Shown here: positions 37,601-46,600 of the stretch, piece by piece
Position numbering within the stretch: position 1 is the stretch's first letter
Layout of the letters: each line of letters begins with the position of its first letter
Source: Haliotis rubra
Taxonomy: Eukaryota
Direction: 5' to 3'
NCBI RefSeq assembly: GCF_003918875.1
Contig: NW_025767078.1
Location: 682,001-746,000, forward strand
DNA: 64,000 nucleotides
Position numbers and translations under genes: made by a program
The notes under the pieces: model-generated
Seen by the model: the letters and a program-made list of their open reading frames with translations, nothing else
Databases searched by the model: none
Told to the model about the DNA's origin: nothing

Positions 37601-40600
37601 TTAGAGAGGCTGACGAGCTTGTTATCAAGGATGGGGTGAAGATAAAGGTTGAATGGATATGCACACAATGTAGGTCAAGGTCATTACCAAATAACCTATG
37701 ACCTACATAGATCAGAGGTTTTCCTTCGTCAACATCCGAGACACGTATCGCACATCTTGGACATTTTAACCCATGCGTAAAATAGGAAGAGGAGTGAGTG
37801 TGATTTTCCGCCGCTTTAGCAATATTCCAGCAATATCACGGTGGGGGGACACCAGAAATGGGCTTCACACATTGTACCCATGTGGGGAATCAAACCCGGG
37901 TCATAGGCGTGACGAGCGAACGACTTAACCACTAGGCTACCCCACCGCCTCTAGCAATCCTAACAGTATCACAAGTGGGGTATGAGAATGGGCTTCATGT
38001 ATTGTACCCATGGGGGAATCTTTCCGATCGTTCAGGGTGACGAGGGAACGCATTAACTGCTAGATTGTTCCCGTCCACCCCGTCGCCCCGCGCCCCTGAA
38101 ACATGCATGTATTCAAGACACGCAGCATTAAGGCGCCATGTTGAACAGCGAGCATACGTCAGTACATTAACCATTAGCATGTTGTATCAGTCGGATCATC
38201 CATGTATGTGCTTCCTACCTACCTACCTACCTTTGACATGATCACATTATCTACTTTCGAGATAGGTCAATGCGCGCGATGTTGCGTCACGCAAACTTCC
38301 TGATCACGTGTCGATCACGTGGTAACTTCTTCCAACAGCATTAACATCACCCGACACACATCAGCGACGGGTGTTTGACACACAGGTCATGGCAATAACT
38401 TCAGATGTCATCTGTCCTGGCCACTGATTCAAGTTAAAAATGCGACACATCCATTTCCATAATCATAATCATAAATATCATAATATCAGCCCGCATATCG
38501 ACCTACACGTCAAGCATCGTGAACTTTGGGAATTAAGGCCAGGTGTAACACAGTATTTGGATCCCCGTAGTATTTGGCATCGGACCCACAACACTACGGG
38601 TCTGGGTCCGATCCACAAAACGTTCGGAGCGCTACGACATTCGTAAGCCTATGATAAACTATAGAGTTACGACAGGTCGTAACGTTACGAACTTTTTTGG
38701 GGATCGGGACCAAGGGTGCAACGGGCGGTGTATGCGTAGATTCGCGCTGTTCACACTTACAAACTCGCTCTGTTGGATAACGGACCTATGTCAAGGATAC
38801 TTCTGCAACTCAGTAAAATTACTATCCGTTGGGGTGTCTACCTGCTGTGAGGTGGATTCATTATTTATTCAAGGGTAATCATATTCCGTTTTTACGCAGC
38901 ATCAGCGTGGTTACGTTTTTGTGAAACCATTTATTATGTCCTTCAAAACTCTTCGTAACTATACGATATTTTTAAATGTCTGGGTCAAAGTCTGCTTTAC
39001 AGATAAAGCTATACATATCGCACTTGACGTATCATTACACAAGACTGTACCATATGCTGGACACAGTCATGAACTGATGCACTCGTATATCTATTGAAAC
39101 CTTGTTTGAACGGGTCTTAAATTTAGGGCGATATTGTTTTGGATAATAATGAACTGAAGTATAGCTGACCTGCACAGACGTCGTATGGAATAAACTGACG
39201 TTCTCAAGAAAGTACACACCTAGTGCTTTAGGGTTATTTAACCAAAACGTTGGTTATTTGTTTTAATAAAAAACTTATGGTGTATCTCGAAATTGTGTCT
39301 TTTCAGAGATATTTGGGTTTTGTGTTAACACCTTTACCTATTTGGACTAAAGCAGTAGCTACACTTGGTGCACAGACTAAAAAGGCTATTATGACTTTGA
39401 ACAAAGATTAAAAGAAAGTTTAAAATATACCATGTCAAGATTTATTTCAGATATTTGATGCTATGACTGTTCCAATTGTGTGTTATGGTGCAAAAGTATA
39501 GGGGACCTCATATTGTAAAATCATGAAGATGTTTTGCATAAAATATGTAAATGGTTTCTGAGAATGTGTAAAACAACAAATGATCCTATGGTTTGGGGAG
39601 AATGTGGCAGAACCCCTCTCCAACTGGCATTTATATTTCATAATGTGTATGGTTTCTCATTACATAAAAATCTGTAGCTATATCTCGGGTTGGAGTGAGG
39701 AATGGGGGTACATTCAGTTTTAGATATATCATAGTCATGTGATTCTCCATTTCCAGTAGACAACACGCAAATTGTCCGATGTGTAATCAACTTCTCGGTA
39801 GCATCACGCAGATGGTGCCATACCATGATTATTGTTATACTTTTTAATGTGGATGTTATATTCAAATGATACAAGCCAAATGAATAAAACTAATAAATAT
39901 ATTCTTCTTTACTATTATTCCAGTTTTGAAAGCACATTGTTAAAAACACATGGTTTAATTAATCAGTTATTTGTTCCAAATTTATTAGATCTATTTAATA
40001 TTAAATATATAATGTGGTAACAACCATTTTCTAGTTACTAGCGTAAAGTTTAGTTCAAACATACAACAGGAGAATATGGGACCAAATCATCGAATTATAC
40101 GTCATCAAATTTGCTAAATCAAAGATGCTAACTACAATCAATCAATGTGGTCGTTCAGATCCATGTTTAATGTGTACGATTTCGTGACAACAGCGACCTG
40201 ACATGAAATATCACCTCACATGTCGGTGTTGAAAATGGTGTGTGAAAATGGCCGTTGTTCTTGACGTATACTTTGCCATAGTATCGATGAAAATGCTATG
40301 GAAAAATTCTAACCATCCCTTCTCGAATTGTTCTGTAGTAAATATATGGCGTGTCGCCCAGCAGTGATGGTCGCCATTCGGAAGTGATTGCCGGGGTCAG
40401 TCGCGAAGCGTTAGCGCAGCAGGCCCCGGGAACCAGGCTGGGCAGGACATCGAGCTAAACTATATTCGTGACTTCTATCAATCTATTCCACGTCGGTTAG
40501 CTAAAGTTCTGGCCATGAAGGGACATCTTACAAAGTATTAAGGTATGTAGATATCTTTGTCATTGATAGTTGACGCCATATAAAATCGAGTCGAACGGCT

Positions 40601-43600
40601 GCCATTTTGAATCGTACAGATGTAACTGGCACGGCACTGTATAGTCCAACAATATCACGGCGGGGCACTCCAGAATTGGGCTTCACATATTGTTGTACCC
40701 ATGTGGGGAATTGAACCCGGGTTTTCGGTGTGATGAGTGAACTCTTTAACCACTAGGCTATCCTACCTCCCCAACATGTGATCAAAGGAAACAAAGCAAA
40801 TATAACATTCTATACAGGGAGTGAGTGAGTGAGTGAGTGAGTGAGTTGGGTTTAGCGCCGCTTTCGTTCATATGGTCGATATTTTAGTGCCAACACAATG
40901 TGGAAGGAAAGACCGAAATGGTGCTGTGTTCGATGCTTACTTTGGTGACATCCATGACCAGGTGCTGATCAAGTCGGGAACATTATCAGGGCAAAGTCGG
41001 GTATAATCCCGTCACTCTACCAAGCCAAATGTCAACGCAAGCATTCTGACCTCAAATACCCAAAGAATTCTACCCATAAGTATATTTTGGTGTTTCACTG
41101 TGTGTTATGGTCCACAGGAATATTGTGTAGACATTCATGTTTAAGCTGCAGTCGCATGTCTGTTAGACAATAATCCAATTGTACAACTTGATTGTTTTCT
41201 ATCGTTGTTTTCTGATCCATTTAGGCATTTCAGGGGATCAAGCATCAAATAGGCGTGTCATACAGGTTACACACCACCAAATCGGAATACGTAATTTAAC
41301 AAACACTTTTCGTAGGGAGCCTTCAGTGCAGACTGAATCATCTGACAGCTGTGATTGGATGATTTGGTGTAAGATGTTTGTGTTCTTTAAATATACATTC
41401 ATCCAGTAATTAAAACTGACTATGTTTCAAATAATGCTGTCATTTATACATGATGAGTGAGTGAGTGAGTTTGATTTTACGCCGCTTTTAGCAATATTCC
41501 AGCAATATCACGGCGGGGGACACCAGAAATGGGCTTCACACATTTTGTCCATGTGGGGAATCGAACACGGGTCTTCAGCGTGACGAGCGAACGCTTTAAC
41601 CACTAGGCTACCCCACCACCCCCTTTTACATGATGACTTATACTGAATGTGACCACAGTTATTTTCAAGGGGTTGCCGTTTCGTGAGGAACTGGGGTTGG
41701 CTATTCAGCTGCTGGTACTCGGAAAATTGGTTAGCTGAGGTGGTCATATTTTTTAATTGCTTCTGTAAGGCCAGATTATGCAGTCATGTACAGGTAATAG
41801 CTCTTGATAGCTTAGGTAAGTTTTTAAAAAATATAACGTTACTATAGAAGTCAGTGGGAAAATATTTGTTTTTCTGTAACCTGTCTTTTTTTGGTCTTTT
41901 TGTAAATGTTTTTTTTATATTCAGCCTTGGTAATAACAGTTTTACATAAACCATACAAGTCCACGTGGACAGGGGTTACTGGTTTATAGCCTTAAACTTT
42001 TACCAATTATATTTTCTATTGTAAATCTATCATGAGTGCTTCAACATACACAAACTTTACCTATATATAATTCCAGAGCATATTACAAATCTATAATGAA
42101 AAGCTTCATAGAAACTTTGATATTGGTATAGTGAGACTTTTATATAGAGTATTTTAAATCCAAATTTAAAAACTCAAATATTTACCAATTATGATTTTAT
42201 TGTAAATCTAACATGTAACCTATCTTGATACCTACTGTTGACTGTCGCTGCAACGAGCCATGTCGAAGAAAACGGAGGGTCACAGTGTGGAAATACCGGG
42301 CGGAGAAGGTAAGTAGCGACGGTGAGACCAGCGACGGCTTGGGACATGGGAACACTGATGATTAGGTACACCCAGAGACACAAAAATGCCGGAAGATCCC
42401 CTAGTGAACGTTTAAGGTACATATATTCCCCTCCACTTTCAGGCATAGAAGCGCCAAGTTCTGCATAGCACAGGGCACATAGTGTCGAGTAAACTCCGCA
42501 CAGCGCCCAAGTGACACAAGACATCCCGACGGAGCCCACATTGGAGAGAATCCCCACTGGGGAAATAAAGATCCCCGCTCCGATAATTCCACCAACAATT
42601 ATGGAAACACCATGGAAAAGGTTGATCTGCCTTTTCAGCTGGACTTTCTTGTGTTGTTTCACGTCTTGGCGGGCATGTCCCCCATACCTGTTTGGTCTGG
42701 CGGCCATATTGGATAATATGAGGTACAATGAGATTACCATATCAACCCGAGGACCGAAGGCCACGAGGGCTGATATGGTAGTCTCGGGCTGATATGACGG
42801 GCGAAAGGAAACTGTCATATCATAACCTTTTTGTCAAATATCATGTCAAGGGACGTATCTCTAAAATAAAATAGGCTCCGTCCCTAACTTTTCGGGTGTT
42901 TGCGTTTATTCATTCCGTATCAGTTTAGTAGCCGGAAATACGGTTGAATTGGCTTATATGCATTTTCGGCCCGGGTGGTCAATATGGACATATGCCGACA
43001 GTCAGTATTGTATGTGCAAATTGGTCCATATTATTCATAGGTATATGATAATACCTTTCATCACTTAATACAGTGGTATTTTCCCTGATATGGACTTTTT
43101 TTGCCACCCCGATATGGGCAGGATCAGCATGGTCATATCTGAGATGCAATTAACATGAAGCTTTATGTTATGCCTTACGGCATCGGTCATATATGGGTGT
43201 CTCGGGATGATATCGGGCAAGATATGAAAAAAATAATAATCTCTACGTGTCAGTCTAGTTGAAATTGCATGTATCATCCTCCGGATACGGACATTGATGT
43301 ACCAAGAGACATAAGATTTGCCGTACATTGTAAAGAATTCCAGCCAGTCACACAAAACTTCCCACTCTGAAAACACGCCATCAAATAAGGAAACAGAAGT
43401 TGATCTGCTTTTCCATCTGCACATTCTGATGTTAAGTGATGTGGCTATTCTGAGCAAACTCCTACAGCTTTAACAATATCGATAGGAAACATCATACGGA
43501 ACGGAGCATCCTTCCAAAATATACTCATGCCAATAATCCTTGTCACCCTTCAAAATATTGGAGAGGGGTGGGGTAGGGGATGACAAGCTATTTATTGTAC

Positions 43601-46600
43601 AGAAGCCTTCGAAAACATTTTCACATCAGTGCTCAAGTATGACTGAGGAAGTGTCAGCTTATCGGATAAGATGCAAGTTAGTGCATCCCCGATAACTGAG
43701 AAAGATAAACATTGCATAACCAGAGCAAATGTGTCGAAGACCGTAACATAACATAATGAAAATAGACTGTGAACACACGCGTTATCGCAATCTCGTGATA
43801 TTTTGTCTGCTGTCTATAGATACGAACATTGTGTGGGTATGTCTGGTCTATACAGTAGAGGCAAGAATTTAGTAGAGACAAAGCAGAACTATTGTCCTGG
43901 GTATCAGTTTGTCTGACTGGAATAAACATTAAGATGGTAGGATTTAGTCCGAGAAATCAAATAATAAATGTTAGGAAGATATATTACATCATAGCTACAG
44001 ACGCTGTCTCTACACACGAGAATCATACTTCGATACACTCACCGATTTGTAGGTGAGGCGAATGAAGGACAGACACCGGAATGCATTATGGGAATGTAGA
44101 CACGGGCATTCTACCCTGCTAATAGAGGTCTCTGCCAAACTGCTGCCAAGCTTTTTTCGAACAGTTTAACGGTTACTGGGAAATGGATCGCAAGGTTCCA
44201 CCAAGGACTGCGTGACATGGAGGCAAGTGACATAATCTCTGCATGACCATTTTGTCCCACTAACGTTGTTTTTAAGAAGATTTTTGCACGGTACTACACC
44301 CGATAATGGTTACTTTTGTATTGGATGGACCTCGCCGGTACAATTGCGTTGTGTGTTGAAGCCTTGCCGTTCATGCTTACACTATGCCAGTGTGTGACAT
44401 CAGTATTTGTGTTGACAGTTCTGTTCTTCCGTTCCACTTCCATATCTCCAGGAACTTCTACAATATCTCCCGTATTAACCTTCGAGGGAACCATGGTGCT
44501 TCACCATTAGTCAGAATCGTTATGAATCTTGGAGTACAGGTGATTCTGAATGCTTCTTGTAGAACCCTAGCAATGCTCATCTATGTGCCACCCTGCTGGT
44601 GATGCATGGTCTGCCAATATTCTGAAGTGTTGTACTTAACCTTAAGCGAATCTGGTCCATGTGTCATATTGTTGCTGATGCCTGGTCTATGGACATTCTG
44701 GAGGCTTCAAGTAGAAAACTTGCGTAGCTCATCCATGTGTCATCTTGTTAGTGATGTGTGATCTGTGAACATTCTAAAGGCTTCAAGAAGGGCACTTGCG
44801 AATCTCGTGCATGTGTCATCTTGTCGGTAATGTATGATCTGTGAACATTCTGAAGGCTTCAAGTAGAACACTTGAGAATATCGTCAATGTTCCATCTTGT
44901 TGCTGATGCCTAGTCTTTGAACATTCTGGAGGCTTCAAGTAGAACAGTAGTGAATATCGTCCATGTGCCATCTTGCTGGTGATGCCGGGTCTATGAACTT
45001 TCTGGAGGCTTCAAGAACGACACTTGCGAATCTCATCCATGTGTCATCTTGTTAGTGATGTGTGATCTGTGAACATTCTAAAGGCTTCAAGAAGGGCACT
45101 TGCGAATCTCGTGCATGTGTCATCTTGTCGGTAATGTGTGATCTGTGAACATTCTGAAGGCTTCAAGTAGAACACTTGAGAATATCGTCAATGTTCCATC
45201 TTGTTGCTGATGCCTAGTCTTTGAACATTCTGGAGGCTTCAAGTAGAACAGTAGTGAATATCGTCCATGTGTCATCTTGTTGCTGATGCCTGGTCTATGG
45301 ACATTCTGGAGGCTTCAAGTAGAAAACTAGCGAATCTCATCCACGTGTCATCTTGTTAGTGATGTGTGATCTGTGAACATTCTAAAGGCTTCAAGAAGGG
45401 CACTTGCGAATCTCGTGCATGTGTCATCTTGTCGGTAATGTGTGATCTGTGAACATTCTGAAGGCTTCAAGTAGAACACTTGAGAATATCGTCCATGTGC
45501 CATCTTGCTGGTGATGCCGGGTCTATGAACTTTCTGGAGGCTTCAAGAACGGCACTTGTCAACCTCATCCATGTGTCATCTTGTTGCTGATGCCTGGTCT
45601 ATGGACATTCTGGAGGCTTCAAGTAGAAAACTTGTGAATCTCATCCAAGTGTCATCTTGTTGGTGATGTGTGATCTGTGAACTTTCTGGAGACTTCACGA
45701 AGGACACTTGCAAAACCCGTCCATGTGTCATCTTGTTGGTGATGCGTGGTCTGTGAAACATTCTGGAGGGTTGTATTTGGACTTATATTTGGTCTTATAC
45801 AAATGTCATCTTGTCGGTGATCTGTGAACATTCTGCAGGCTTCAAGTAGGTCACTTGCGAATCTCGTCTGTGTGTCACCCTACTGGTGAAGCCTGGAATA
45901 TGAACATTTTGGAGGCTTCAAGTTAAACACTTGCAAAACTAGTACACGTGTCATTCTACTGAGTGAGTGAGGGTATGTTGCAATAAGCACTCAGCAATAT
46001 CCAAAGAATTTCACAGGTGAGGTAGTACGTCAGTGGGTTATGAGCGGGTACCTGAAACGTCGTGGTACGATTGCTACGAAAGCGTCAGCGGGATTAGTGA
46101 TCTGTTCGAGCAGCAGTTTACATTGTCACGAAATTGCTAGAAAAAATCGCTGTGTAAGCACAAACAATTCAATTTCGTCATGACGATTTTCGCACTGAAT
46201 CAAACTGAATTAATCGTTATGTACACAGTATGTGGGTGTGAGTTAAAATCGGCATTTTGTAAGGTATAACGCGACGACATAAAGTTTGTACGTATACACA
46301 AGTGTTTGGTACACAGACTTCTCCCATCTGACCTTGACCTACAATAAACCCAGCGCTAAACAAAATTTCTTTGTGTAGATACGTGTTTCGTTATAATGAA
46401 TCTACGAAGGAACGCAGAGTTAACACGTGCTAGTTTGGTTGAGTAACTGATATATCTCAGTGAAGTCTCTTCATTCTTGTATGAATTAAAATAGAACGAC
46501 CCAGTGGTTTGTTTCACCTGTGACTGCCGTTATCTTATCTAAGCAAATAACACAGGGTCTACATTCATGTAACCTACGGTGTATGAGTTTCACGTAACTT

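Noticed and set aside
42708-42818. 37-aa N-terminal extension of the 209-aa ORF
   Set aside because: Lies in the repeat-like insert; homology with exon 1A places the start at 42707
44294-44602. Overlapping short ORFs next to the 76-bp array
   Set aside because: No recognisable domain or convincing splice pattern
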